Shown piece after piece: positions 1 to 11,334 of a stretch of 41,821 nt of DNA. The translations under genes and the position numbers were made by a program. Source of the stretch: Octopus bimaculoides (taxonomy: Eukaryota); the NCBI RefSeq assembly GCF_001194135.2, contig NC_068988.1:58356923-58398743 (forward strand), given 5' to 3'. Below the pieces are notes generated by a model, which was given only the letters and a program-made list of their open reading frames with translations, was not told the DNA's origin and did no database searches. How positions within the stretch are numbered: position 1 is the first letter of the stretch; every line of letters starts with the position of its first letter.

Positions 1-320
1 ACATACATACATACATACATACATACATACATACATACATACATGCATGCATACATATACGATCGTGAGCCGAATGCCATAACCACTAAGCCACGCACCT
101 TTGCTTACATACGTACACTTACATACGTAAATGCTAAATACATACATACGTACATACATACATGCGCACATGCGTATATGTATGCATGCGCACGTACACA
201 TATACATACACGCATACATACATAAATATACATACATACATACATACATACATGCATACATACATACATACATACATACATGCATGCATGCATGCATACA
301 TACATACATACATACATACA

Positions 321-351
<31 letters not shown>

Positions 352-385
352 GTATGTATGTATACATAAACATACATAAACACAT
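1..385. repeat. (ACAT)n / (AT)n compound microsatellite
   Basis: Direct tandem ACAT repeats; the overlapping HTYI/MYVC ORFs are translations of this repeat. Confidence 0.97.
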
Positions 386-1626
386 GTATATCATGTCGCG
401 GTTTCAAATGAAAATTTGACACAAATGAAAATTAAATTAAAGATAATTTGCCAACATAACGTGGCAGTCCCGGTTGGAACGAATGCTACTGTTATTTAGT
501 CCCAGGAAACATCGTCTCCAGCTGGCTATACGACACACTATTTGTGTCCTTATATTTTCGAAGAGGGGAGTTTAGCATCCTCACTCAACACAAAACAATA
601 TCTGTGGATCGCGGTTCCACGCTGCAATTGTTTTTGTTTCAGCACACGATCTCAAATCAAGTCACTTGCTATGCAAGTATATCTCCGTAAAATAATAACA
701 GTTGTTCGCAATTAAAGGTGGAATTATTGAAACTTGAATTGAATTCTGTCAGCTGTTATTCATTGTATTGTTTTAATAATATACTATTGTATCGAGTATT
801 GCATAACTTTGTTGTAAATTATTAAAAAAATATTGCAAAGAAGCTAATCCGAATACATGTGTGTATATGCGTGAGTATACATGCATACATACATACATAC
901 ATACATACATACATACATACAGACAGACAGACAGACATACACACGTACATAGAAATATTTATTTATCATTGAGTTGTACATTACTGTTTATAGCATGTAA
1001 CTAATCAAAATATTACCACCGGCTTGTCACCGACTATTGTTCTTAGACAATATTGACGATTCTTCATCGATATATAAAAATATAACCGCTCTATTACTCA
1101 TGTGCATTTTGTCTGACTTAGGAACAACTGATACACACATACACATGCAAACACATATTGGAGGAAATGGCTTTTGGTAAGCGTACAGAATAGTATATTG
1201 CTATAAGGTTAGTCACAAGAAATGAAGGAATTATTCGTCAGTTTATTTATATACTGATACAAAAAGTCTTCAAATGTTCCAGTGAAATGAAATAAAATGA
1301 AATGGAATAAAATAAAAGCAATAAAGTTATGTAAAATACGTAAAATATTTACTTTATTACATTTGAGTATTTTTCGGGAAATGATTGAAAATTCTTGTAC
1401 CCCTTATCTCTCTCTCCCCTCTTTCCCTTTAGACTATAATACTTATAGATCACTAATAATGAAGGAGCTACATAAAAAATATAAAATTATACAGATATAA
1501 CAATTTAAAGTAATATATAATTATTATTGTATAACAATTTAAAGTATTATAATTGATAATACTAAGTGGACTTTTCCTTTTTCTCTCTCTTTTTCCTTGT
1601 GATGTAATCTCGGGACTGAAAATGTT

Positions 1627-1725
1627 TGTGGCTGAAGATAGCTTTAAACGATCCTTTGTATCAACAATATATACTGATATATATACTGACAGTTTGTATA
1701 TAAAGCTTGAAACACGTGTATCGCG
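1627..1725 (+). ncRNA. Type I hammerhead ribozyme motif (long stem II, palindromic stem III)
   Basis: UGUGG-CUGAAGA(1632-1638)-U-AGCUUUA...UAAAGCU-U-GAAA(1709-1712)-CACGUG-UA^UCGCG. Core intact; stem II 7 bp; stem III ACACGUGU is a perfect palindrome; stem I 5 bp, three of them G.U. Confidence 0.75.
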
Positions 1726-1861
1726 ATATCCTTTGTGTTCTGTTTTCAATTTACGTTTAATATATATATATATATATATATATGTATTTCTGTATATATT
1801 ATATATATATGTCTAGGTATGTATATATGCATATGTACGTATGTATGCATGTATGTATGTA

Positions 1862-1918
<57 letters not shown>

Positions 1919-2959
1919 GTGGATGTAGAAAATGGTGTAGTTACATTCGTATTACATATGTTTCAAAGGAAAACTGAACGAAAGTTATGTAGATTTAAGG
2001 TCTTCCTGATAACGAACTTGTAAACAACAGGTGTAAGTACCCGAAGAAAAGGGAGGATGAAGCTGAGTATATATGTAATACCTTAAAGTTACATAACTTC
2101 AATTCTCTTTTCCTCGCAAACATATGAAATATCTACTCAATTCCCTACATCTACCGATCTATAATCAAATATTTAGCAAGTTTTGTTAATATTTATTGGA
2201 GTTGTATAGTGGCTGTCAGTTTATCGGAATCTCTGTGTAATTTGATACGGGACGAAGTGTATGACATACGTTGTTCAATACATTTTATTGATCGAGTATT
2301 AACCACTTTGTGATATCTATGCAGCTGTGTCTATGTTTGGGGCTCACAAACTGCCTGTACCATGACCCTAAAATACTATATATATTATATATATATATAT
2401 ATATNNNNNNNNNNNNNNNNNNNNNNNNNNNNNNNNNNNNNNNNNNNNNNNNNNNNNNNNNNNNNNNNNNNNNNNNNNNNNNNNNNNNNNNNNNNNNNNN
2501 NNNNNNNNNNNNNNNNNNNNNNNNNNNNNNNNNNNNNNNNNNNNNNNNNNNNNNNNNNNNNNNNNNNNNNNNNNNNNNNNNNNNNNNNNNNNNNNNNNNN
2601 NNNNNNNNNNNNNNNNNNNNNNNNNNNNNNNNNNNNNNNNNNNNNNNNNNNNNNNNNNNNNNNNNNNNNNNNNNNNNNNNNNNNNNNNNNNNNNNNNNNN
2701 NNNNNNNNATATATATATTGAAGGAAAATAAGGAGAAGAAAATGCAGAATAAATGGATGTAATTACTGATTTATTTGCATGTTATAAAAAGATGTCGTTT
2801 TTGAAAAAAAAAAATTTCATATAAATTGATTGGAAGTTGAAAGCTCAAAAAAGTTAAGATAAAAACAGAAAAAAGAACGTATATATATGTTTCAGTCGCC
2901 GCATCTAGATGTTAAAACATTTTTTAACATCATCGGAACGAATCTGAAATATTAAAACG

Positions 2960-3490
2960 AAAAAAGATAATAATTAATCAAGCACTTATCTTGAGCAAAA
3001 TGCAACCACATAAGCTAAGGAAAGTATTAACAAAGGCAAAATTCAACATGAACAAACCGGATAACACGTTCACAGTATTTAAATGTAATGATAATAAATG
3101 TAGAACATGTAAATACATTAATACGGGTAGATCCATTAGAACAAAAATTGGACAGATTTTCGCAAGTGCAGATATGAACTGCAAGAGCAGAAATTTGATC
3201 TGCTGCATTAAATGCCCGAATTGCGACATATTATATATATAGGCGAGACAGGGAATACATTATCGGAACGCTCACGAGTCCACAGACAACAAATCCAGAA
3301 CACCAATGTTCGCCAAATTCCATTGAACGAACGTACAGAGACATGTAGTCAGAAAATGTTTCTAATTTTTCCTTTCCACAAACTACATGACGCAAGTGGG
3401 GTTGGAAGAAAGATAAAAGAAAAACGATTTATAAAAATATTCAAACCTGTTCTGAATGGAAATAACAGCAATAATATAACAACCAGTTAA
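2960..3490 (+). mobile_element. Penelope-like element remnant: Cys-rich linker plus GIY-YIG endonuclease, frameshifted
   Basis: KCNDNKCRTCKYI...MNCKSRNLICCIKCPNCDILYI/GETGNTLSERSRVHRQQI...KIKEKRFIKIFKPVLN; frameshift in the TA run near 3240 joins ORFs 2991-3242 and 3212-3490. Confidence 0.9.
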
Positions 3491-4489
3491 TGATGTGGAT
3501 TAATAAATATAAACAAGTTACAGAATATCGGTACGCCTGGAAAACCGTGATGTTTAAGAGCATGCGGATTGATCCAATAAGTATTCTAAAAGTTCAGCTG
3601 GTTGGAGCTTTCTAAGAGGTACCAAAGTTAAGAACTAAACTGTCAGTTAAATACATTTGAAATCTGATGCGTATGTATGGGAGCGTTAATTTTGTTAAAA
3701 TACTATAATAAAAAAACGTTTAGACCAGACTACGCTTTAACTTTATTCAACTGATATATATATATATAATATATATGTATATAAAATTTCTTTTATTCAT
3801 CAAGAAGCTGTAAATTATAGAATTGAATACGTAAACTAAGAGAGTTCTTAAACAAATTTTGACCGAATGGCTCTAAAAGATAAGTTCTTCGAGTTTAACG
3901 TTACCACTCTCTTAGATGACAGTCTAAGCCTCTGGCTACTCTAATTATCGGATCTAAAATTTGGAATATATAAATGCCTTCGAGAAACGCTTATCTCATT
4001 ATTTAATACCATGTCAAACAAGGGATGTCTTATAATACAACTCTTTCGAGATTAGGCTTTTCATCTGCTTCCTGGCAAACATAGCAATACAAATTTTTTT
4101 AAAAAGTCTTCTTTCACGTTGTTTCATTTATCCTTATCTGCAGAACCTCACACAACGGACACCACACAAAAATTATTATGAAATTTCGTTGCTGTCTAAA
4201 TAATTCTTTTTACAAACAATGATCTAACAGCAGTTATTACTTCGTAACAAGCATTTTTTTCGTTAAATCGGGTTCAAAATCAAAGGAGCCACCACTGTCA
4301 GAAAAGATGTTTAGCGTCATGAATATAACTTACTAATAACTCTGTTCAATTGTTCAAACCATTGCTGTCTTGAAACAAAATTCTTATTTTCTTGCTCAAA
4401 CAATAATCACGCCGCATTTTGTGTGACAAACACTGGTGCAAAGATACACGAAAGATACGTAGAGAAGCGTACGCACACACATACACATA

Positions 4490-4655
4490 CATATGCATGA
4501 CGGACTTCCACAAAATTTCCGTCAATCAAATTCACGCACAAAACATTGGTCGGCCCGGGGCTGTAGTAGAAGACATTTGTCTAAATTGCAACGCAGTGGG
4601 ACTGAATTTGAAACCACATGGTTGCAAAGTGTGCTTCTTAACCACACAGCCATGA
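4490..4655 (-). mobile_element. tRNA-type SINE, family A head
   Basis: Reverse strand reads CATGGCTGTGTGGTTAAGAAG...TTCAGTCCCACTGCG...GTCTTCTACTACAGCCCCGGGCCGACCAATG; related copies at 6585 and 32560. Confidence 0.8.
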
Positions 4656-5122
4656 GTCTCCCAACGATTTCATTCCCAGCACATTTCTTAGCTCTGTATA
4701 TGGCTTGCAAAGTAAATGCTTCTATGATATTTCATTTCACAAGTCATGACTACTTCTTTCTTTTCAGCATCTATCGTATATGATTTACACCTTAAAAAAC
4801 TGTTAAAATTATTATATTATTATATAGGCGTAGGCATGGTTTTGTTGTTTATAAGTTCGCTTTGTAACAACGTGGTTTCAGATTCAGTCCTACTGCGCGG
4901 GCTCTTAGGCATGTTAATGACCTGTAGGGACACCAAATTTTGTTATGCAAGCATAATATACTACTCATACAAAGCGTTTAATATACTTTATAGTTAAGAG
5001 AGTATTGTAGTTCGCTTGAAGCATTGTGTATTGTTTGTAAAGAATAAAAAGTTTAGTGAGGTATAACAATGCACTATAGAACAAAAAATGGACTATATAC
5101 CTGTTGTAACTTGGTTATCTAT

Positions 5123-5165
5123 AGTCCGATGATATTTCGGAATTAGAATTCCTTCTTCAGAGACT
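5123..5165 (-). ncRNA. Minimal type I hammerhead motif in the left arm of the inverted repeat
   Basis: AGUCU-CUGAAGA-A-GGAAU(UCUA)AUUCC-GAAA-UAUCA-UC^GGACU; stem I 5 bp, stem II 5 bp, extra A after A9. Confidence 0.7.
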
Positions 5166-5179
5166 CCAGCAAATAAGAT

Positions 5180-5217
5180 CTGAAGAAGGAATTCTAATTC
5201 CGAAATATCATCGGACT
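5180..5217 (+). ncRNA. Hammerhead motif in the right arm, lacking the 5' strand of stem I
   Basis: CUGAAGA-A-GGAAU(UCUA)AUUCC-GAAA-UAUCA-UC^GGACU; the inversion breakpoint falls immediately before C3. Confidence 0.55.
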
Positions 5218-5482
5218 ATAGTTTACCAAGTTACAACAGGTATATAGTCCATTTTTTGTTCTATAGTGCATTGTTATACCTTTCTAAACTTTTTATTCTT
5301 TACATACTTTATAGTATATTATGTCTGCATAATGAAATATTGTGTCCTAACAGCTCATTAATGTTTACGTACAAGCTTCCAGGAATGTGTTTACTATGTA
5401 AAATTGGTCTATCCAATAACGTTACACCACTATATTTAGTGGCTGTTCAGGCAATGAGTTCGTGGACGATTAATGGGTTGGT

Positions 5483-5525
5483 TGGGTGCTGATGAAGGAA
5501 CAAAACCTACTGAAATGTACACCCA
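5483..5525 (+). ncRNA. Minimal type I hammerhead motif with degenerate stem II
   Basis: UGGGUG-CUGAUGA-AGGAACAAAACCUACU-GAAA-UG-UA^CACCCA; perfect 6-bp stem I; stem II has a G.A mismatch; stem III AUGU may be a CpG-decayed ACGU. Confidence 0.6.
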
Positions 5526-5538
5526 TTATACATACGTA

Positions 5539-5542
<4 letters not shown>

Positions 5543-5594
<52 letters not shown>
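5543..5594. repeat. (CA)n microsatellite between two convergent hammerheads
   Basis: Direct tandem repeat. Confidence 0.97.
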
Positions 5595-5598
<4 letters not shown>

Positions 5599-5599
5599 A

Positions 5600-6235
5600 A
5601 CATAAAGTTAAAGTCTGGTTATAGAGTGACCAATGGTTTCGTATCCACCAAAGCTACAGCCTTGTGGACAGCTCATCAGACTCTATACAAAGACAAATTT
5701 AACTTTTTATCTCGCGGAGGCGGAGAAATGCTAGGACAAAATGTTCAAACGGCTTACATAGAAAAAAGTTGAGGACGGGTTTTCTTCTCTTGACTAGAGG
5801 ATAAATGGAAGCTAAGATCAATTTTCCAGTAAGTAGCGCTTGAAATGAACACATTTTGAGAAAATTTGTTTACGATTATTTAACGTGCAAGGCTTAGCAC
5901 AGTTTTTAAGAACTTTGGTTCACTCAGCGATGCAGATTTTGCAGCGCCCTCTCCCATTAATATATGGGCCTGGATGTTCTACGATTTTCCATCTGATATC
6001 ATATGGAGTCCTTTGATCTTTGAGGTGCCACACATGGCAAACCGTCTTTTTGGGACTCCGAAGGATGACTGGTGGTTACAGTATTTTACTTCATTCTTTG
6101 ATCATATATCTTCCGTTATTGTTCATATCAAGTACTTTGATTCTTCAATTTGTCTGAGCGTCTTCCTAGCTATTTCAATTCAATCGACTATTTTGTTCAC
6201 GTTTTCCAACTGTTTTTTATCATTTTTCTTTTCAT
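5600..6235 (-). mobile_element. Penelope-like element 3' remnant (decayed GIY-YIG C-terminus plus 3' pLTR)
   Basis: Minus-strand reading with stops and frameshifts: KYCNHQSSF.../HVWHLKDQRTPYDIRWKIVEHPGPYINGRGRCKICIAE*TKVLK...TLNNRKQIFSKCVHFKRYLLEN*. This resembles the HIWxLKD...W...CxLC..E...LN.R.E..SKC.H tail of PLE endonucleases. Not in the ORF track. Confidence 0.82.
5620..5687 (-). ncRNA. Canonical type I hammerhead ribozyme in PLE pseudo-LTR
   Basis: UAUAGAGU-CUGAUGA-G..GUCCAC-AAGGC(UGUA)GCUUU-G-GUGGAU-AC-GAAA-CCAUUGG-UC^ACUCUAUA; perfect 8-bp stem I, G10.1-C11.1, GUC site; about 130 nt downstream of, and in sense with, the PLE stop codon at 5818-5820. Confidence 0.88.
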
Positions 6236-6584
6236 CACTTATTTTAATTCTATATCTTCTTGTATTTGTATTGAGATAAGTTGATAAGATCTCTAACTTC
6301 TTCCTTATTTTGTCTGATTAAATCAATATCATGGCAAAACGGAAATTACTGACATCTCTGCAATTATTTTGATATTTCATACAGCTAACTCAAAGCCGCT
6401 CATCGTTATATATTCTAGAAACACATTGAAATAAGACTGTTGAGAGAATACACCCTTGTCTGACACAAAGTGTTGTTTTAGACCAGTTATTTGGGGAATT
6501 TACAACCAAAGCCAATCTTTCTATAAGTATATTCCATATATAGAACATCGAACTAAGAGGTGCGTTAGGAAAGAAATTACTGGG

Positions 6585-6720
6585 ACGCGTGTGGGGTTGA
6601 GAAGCTCACTATTGCGTGGCACCTTGGGAAAGTGTTGTCTACTGTAACTCCTGGCCAACCAATGCCTTGTGAGTGAATTTGGTTGATAGAAACAGCGTAG
6701 AAGCCTGTCGTATGTATGTC
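6585..6720 (+). mobile_element. tRNA-type SINE, family A head
   Basis: TTGCGTGGCACCTTGGGAAAGTGTTGTCTACTG...GCCAACCAATGCCTTGTGAGTGAATTTGG...AGAAGCCTGTCGTATG. Confidence 0.8.
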
Positions 6721-7318
6721 ATTATTCATTTTATTTCAAGATGTCTTACCAATAAAGAACCGGTTTCTAATCTAGATCCATGGCTCCTTCACTGGAATTT
6801 CAACATCAACAACAGGGTATGTATGTATGTATGTATGTATGTATGTATGTATGTATGTGTATGTATACATATATATATATANNNNNNNNNNNNNNNNNNN
6901 NNNNNNNNNNNNNNNNNNNNNNNNNNNNNNNNNNNNNNNNNNNNNNNNNNNNNNNNNNNNNNNNNNNNNNNNNNNNNNNNNNNNNNNNNNNNNNNNNNNN
7001 NNNNNNNNNNNNNNNNNNNNNNNNNNNNNNNNNNNNNNNNNNNNNNNNNNNNNNNNNNNNNNNNNNNNNNNNNNNNNNNNNNNNNNNNNNNNNNNNNNNN
7101 NNNNNNNNNNNNNNNNNNNNNNNNNNNNNNNNNNNNNNNNNNNNNNNNNNNNNNNNNNNNNNNNNNNNNNNNNNNNNNNNNNNNNNNNNNNNNNNNNNNN
7201 NNNNNNNNNNNNNNNNNNNNNNNNNNNNNNNNNNNNNNNNNNNNNNNNNNNNNNNNNNNNNNNNNNNNNNNNNNNNNNNNNNNNNNNNNNNNNNNNNNNN
7301 NNNNNNNNNNNNNNNNNN

Positions 7319-7640
7319 ACGTTCGGGAAATCCATCGTACAAAACGGCTTCCGCATGTGCAAATGGTCGTGAATGATTTTTTTCCACAGACCCTACACTT
7401 ATTTTCACTTCTTGGGCTAGTTATCGAATAGTTGTGCGGTGATCCTCCAAAATGGCGACTTCCGCTTTATGGATGGCGCCGTCATCACTGGCGGAATGTT
7501 TGAAAGTCCAAAGAGAGTTGCAAATTTTATTCACCGCTGAGAACTTCAGAAAGTCAGCTATCTTATTTATCTGAAAATTTGAGTGAACAACTGAGAATTG
7601 AGGTGGAGGATAGAAATCACAGTTGTGACGCATGAGGTAA
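7319..7640 (-). mobile_element. mariner-family transposase remnant (second HTH and WVP linker)
   Basis: IHKAEVAILEDHRTTIR*LAQEVKISVGSVEK/IHDHLHMRK, then a decayed ARWVP-like linker; resembles ILEDRRITVREIA...ILHEDLGMRKVSARWVP. Confidence 0.8.
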
Positions 7641-8593
7641 CACCAGCCATCATAGGATTAAAGAGGTAATATCCTCAAATTTGCTGTTAACAATTCAAAG
7701 ACAATAGCCATAGCAGAAGCAGCAGCAACAACAGTAAGAATAATCACACCAACGCATCAATTAAACACACAAATAACAGTATCACCCAAAATATTATCGA
7801 ACGAACGCCTTCTTCCTTTTCTGAAGTGACACTAACAATACAGATACAAACTTATGCGCGGAAATGACTCCATCGACTTCCTTCCTCGATCTATCTTCCT
7901 CTGTGTTTTCGAGGAGGCAAACCCTAACAAGATGCGTGAGTGTATGTGTGTATATGTGTGCATAAGAAGAAGAAGAAAATAAAAAGGACTAGTAAAGAAA
8001 GGAATGTTTATGCGACAGAAAAAAGCAACAAAACTTTAAGGTTCAGAAATGTCGAATTATTTGTAACAAATTTAGACTCTTGAAGAAGTTTTAGAAAAAC
8101 AAACAAACAAAAGAAGCTAACTTAAAAAATAAAGAAACATATCTTTTCCTCTGAGACTTTGAAAATTGTTGAGAGACATTTTAACAAGTAAACAAAAGCC
8201 AGGTTTTGAAACTGAATTTAGTAAAGTAATATCAGTGTTATTTATGTTTATTCTTAGTGATATAACACGATATAACCCAGAATTAAGACCTAAGATAACC
8301 AAGGAATTCATTTGTTTAATAGTAAGCTATTAAGCAGGAAATATGTTAAAGTTTGTAAGAATTTCGACTGTTATATCTGAAGTTATAATGTTGCAAAGTT
8401 GGATGAAAAAGAGACGCGAACAACAGGCAAACAACGATCATGCAAAATTTGCGAAAACTCGTTACTGGTGGCAACTACCTGGCAAAGTCAATAATATACA
8501 GCGCATGAGTAGAAATAAACAGTGGACATGAACCTAAAATATATATTGGGACAACTGAATTAAGAGTTGAGAGAAATCAGTGGTTTCGAAATG

Positions 8594-8639
<46 letters not shown>

Positions 8640-8804
8640 AAGTACAGATGAGGACATAAACTTCGGAGGGATAAAAATATCCAAGATTATACTGGTTGAA
8701 TACCTAACAATATAGACACATACATATATATTATTAAAATTATTATAAACCAAAAGAGAAGATGGAGATAAGATTAATAAAAGTTTATTAATACATTGAC
8801 AAGA

Positions 8805-8920
8805 CCAGACCTACAATTGTTTCAATTCATCACTTGCAGCATAAAATCAACCATATTTGATTTAATTTAACTAAATCAATTTAATTAATTACTACAAGTG
8901 AGAATATCTTCAGGGAAGGA
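8805..8920 (-). ncRNA. Type I hammerhead motif (long stem II variant)
   Basis: CCUUCC-CUGAAGA-U-AUUCUCACUUGUAG...CUGCAAGUGAUGAAU-U-GAAA-CAAUUG-UA^GGUCUGG; stem III ACAAUUGU is a perfect palindrome; stem I is weak (2 bp, internal loop, 2 bp). Confidence 0.72.
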
Positions 8921-9469
8921 TGTACAAAGAAACTTAACATATTTAAAACATAATGAAAACAGTAAAAAGGAAGAATACAGTGTACCAGTAACGTTTAAAA
9001 TATATTACATTAATGAAAACAGACACAGTTATAAAAGAACTAAATGAGCATTAAATGACGAAAACGTATTTCATTTTCCTTCCTTTTCAATTCTCTTGTA
9101 AGAACAGTGTAAATAATCNNNNNNNNNNNNNNNNNNNNNNNNNNNNNNNNNNNNNNNNNNNNNNNNNNNTATATATATATATATGGTACATAAGTTGAGG
9201 CACCAGAATTTAGTACGGTATTATCCATACAATTTCAAAGTAAGGTGATTAAAAACAAAATATATACACAACCACACAAACATATATGTACACACATATC
9301 CATATATATCATACGCTTTTATATGCATACAGGACATAACAAATAATAGAGTAAGACAACGACGGCATTTCTTCTTGCACGTTGGACCAAAATTAAGGAT
9401 ATTCACCAGACACTTTCTAGCAAACAAGTGTATGTTTTTTTGCATGTGTTGTTCCGTCCATCGTCGTTT

Positions 9470-9595
9470 GATAGAGTAAGTAAAATGCTTTCAAAGAATA
9501 AGTCCTGAGGTCGTTGTGTTCGACTAAAGGCGATGTTCTAGCATGGCCGCCGTCAAATGACTGAAAGAAGTAAAGAATTAAAGAATAAAAGGATA
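9470..9595 (+). mobile_element. SINE family A 3' tail
   Basis: AAAGAATAAGTCCTGAGGTCG...CGACTAAAGGCG...AGCATGGCCGCCGTCAAATGACTGAAA; a related tail occurs near 34860-34930. Confidence 0.75.
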
Positions 9596-9944
9596 TAAAT
9601 ACATGACGAGAAGAAGGTAGAATCAGACTCGTTGAATAAGCCATGAGGTAATACTTAAAGACCTCAATCAAAACTAAGTTTTCTCTTTACTAAGTGTCCT
9701 TCATGATGACACCTGATGTTAGTTCCTCGTAACTTATTGGCAATGTTTATTTTTCTCACAAAAGATTACTTTGGATTACACCTTGAGATTTTAGCCGTTA
9801 TTGCATTCGTAAATTAACATATACATACATTCATACATATTGGTTGTTGTCTCATGTAGTCTGTAATTCTTTCTAACTCCACTCTCTCTGCGTACTTGTT
9901 TCAATCTATTTTTTAAAAATTCTTCTCAATATTATTAGTTAATG

Positions 9945-10310
9945 TATTCCGTGATTCTCACTCTGTTGTTAGTTCATATATGATATCATTCTCTCACTGT
10001 TGTTACCTGATTTCAACTATGACTCTATCACTCTTTTCTTACATTATGTAATCTGTTATTCTCGCATTCTTCTTGTTTTTACTTATATCATCTGTGATTC
10101 TCTCCCTTTTGTTGCCTCATATCATCTATGACACACTTTTGCTCTCTGTCTATCCTTACCGTTATCCTTAAATAATCTGTCATTCTGTCTCTCTGCTTTA
10201 ACGAATTGAATTTGCGATTCTTCCTCCTTTCTTGCACCATACAATCTTTGAATCACTTCCTGTTGTCACTTTATGCAATCTGTTATTCTCTCTCTCTCTG
10301 TCTCTGCCCC
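9945..10310 (+). repeat. Degenerate pyrimidine-rich minisatellite upstream of the MAO exon 2 acceptor
   Basis: Motif (A)TCTGT(T/G/C)ATTCTC recurs near 9948, 9985, 10051, 10091, 10176 and 10278. Confidence 0.6.
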
Positions 10311-10355
10311 TCCTCTGTTTGTTGCTTCATGTTTCCGTCTGTCTTTTGCTTTCAG

Positions 10356-10450
10356 GTTTGTCCGCTGCCAAGCTACTGCATGATCATGGTCTTAGTGTCA
10401 AGCTCCTCGAGGCCAGGGATCGCGTTGGAGGACGTACATTCACGATATAC
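10356..10450 (+). CDS. MAO: Flavin monoamine oxidase, exon equivalent to vertebrate MAO exon 2 (FAD-binding Rossmann fold)
   Basis: ttttgctttcag|GT...TAC|gtaagt; 95 bp, phase 1 to 0; (G)[31 protein letters not shown] versus human [36 protein letters not shown]. Confidence 0.96.
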
Positions 10451-10536
10451 GTAAGTCCTCGTCTTCTTAACCCATTTCTCCACTTCGAGTTTCATCCTTA
10501 ATTGGAAACGATATCGTCATACTGTGACTGATACAT

Positions 10537-10634
<98 letters not shown>

Positions 10635-11334
10635 TGAAATACACGCACATACAACACACACATACCCACATGTACTACAAACTCATACACACACACATAT
10701 ATACTTATATATATAAATATATGCATATATATATATATATATATATAGTTCAAAAAACCAATAACAAAAAAACAAAAAAACAACAAAGTGAGGACGTGAT
10801 ATGGATAGTATTATTGGACGCTCAGGAAAGGAAAGAGAGAGTGTATGACGTTTCGGGCGTAGCCCTTCGTCGGAAAGATGGAAAGTTCGGAGAATGGAAG
10901 AACGGAGAAAGAGGAAAATGGTACCGATGCCCACGAGGTTATATATATATATATACATACATACACACACACGCACACACACACACACAAACATACGCAG
11001 GAGCCTGCATGCGCACACACGCATGCACACACACCTAGTGGCAATACAGTGGCTGAACCGGTTTAGCCTCAGACTAAAACATGCTTATGTTTGTTTTGAG
11101 ATCAAATTCCACATTGGAAACCGTTTTTACCTTTCATTTTACCTCAGTTTGTTATGAGTGCCCCGCCTATGCACATGTTTACGGTTATTTTAATATTATT
11201 ATATTATAAACAATGAAAAACAATAACAAAACTGATACCTCAGTTCTGTATTTGAGCCGAATTCCTCTTAAATAAGAAACATTTGGAATACTACTACTAC
11301 TACTACTACTACGACTACTACTACTACTACTGTA

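Larger units (their letters stand above)
5036..5304. repeat. Inverted repeat, 126-bp arms (5036-5161 / 5179-5304), 17-bp spacer; probable inverted PLE pseudo-LTR
   Basis: Arms are reverse complements with about 4 mismatches; each arm carries a hammerhead core. Confidence 0.93.

Noticed and set aside
473-522. GUUGGA/UCCAGC stem with GAAA-CAUCG-UC, hammerhead-like
   Set aside because: No recognisable CUGANGA box; at best a heavily decayed relic.
2875-2940. Minus-strand CCGAUGA...GAAA-CAUAUA motif upstream of the PLE remnant
   Set aside because: Core and palindrome are mutated and stem I does not pair.
7340-7480. YY1-like AAAATGGCG and ETS-like CTTCCG motifs suggesting a promoter or first exon
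   Set aside because: The segment is explained as minus-strand mariner coding sequence.
1-10355. Search for MAO exon 1 (GxGxxG motif ending in a phase-1 donor)
   Set aside because: No matching exon seen; it is upstream of the window or in a gap, so the intronic status of this region is unproven.
10507-10530. GAAA-CGATATCG-TC palindrome just after the exon 2 donor
   Set aside because: No upstream CUGANGA, stem II or stem I partner.
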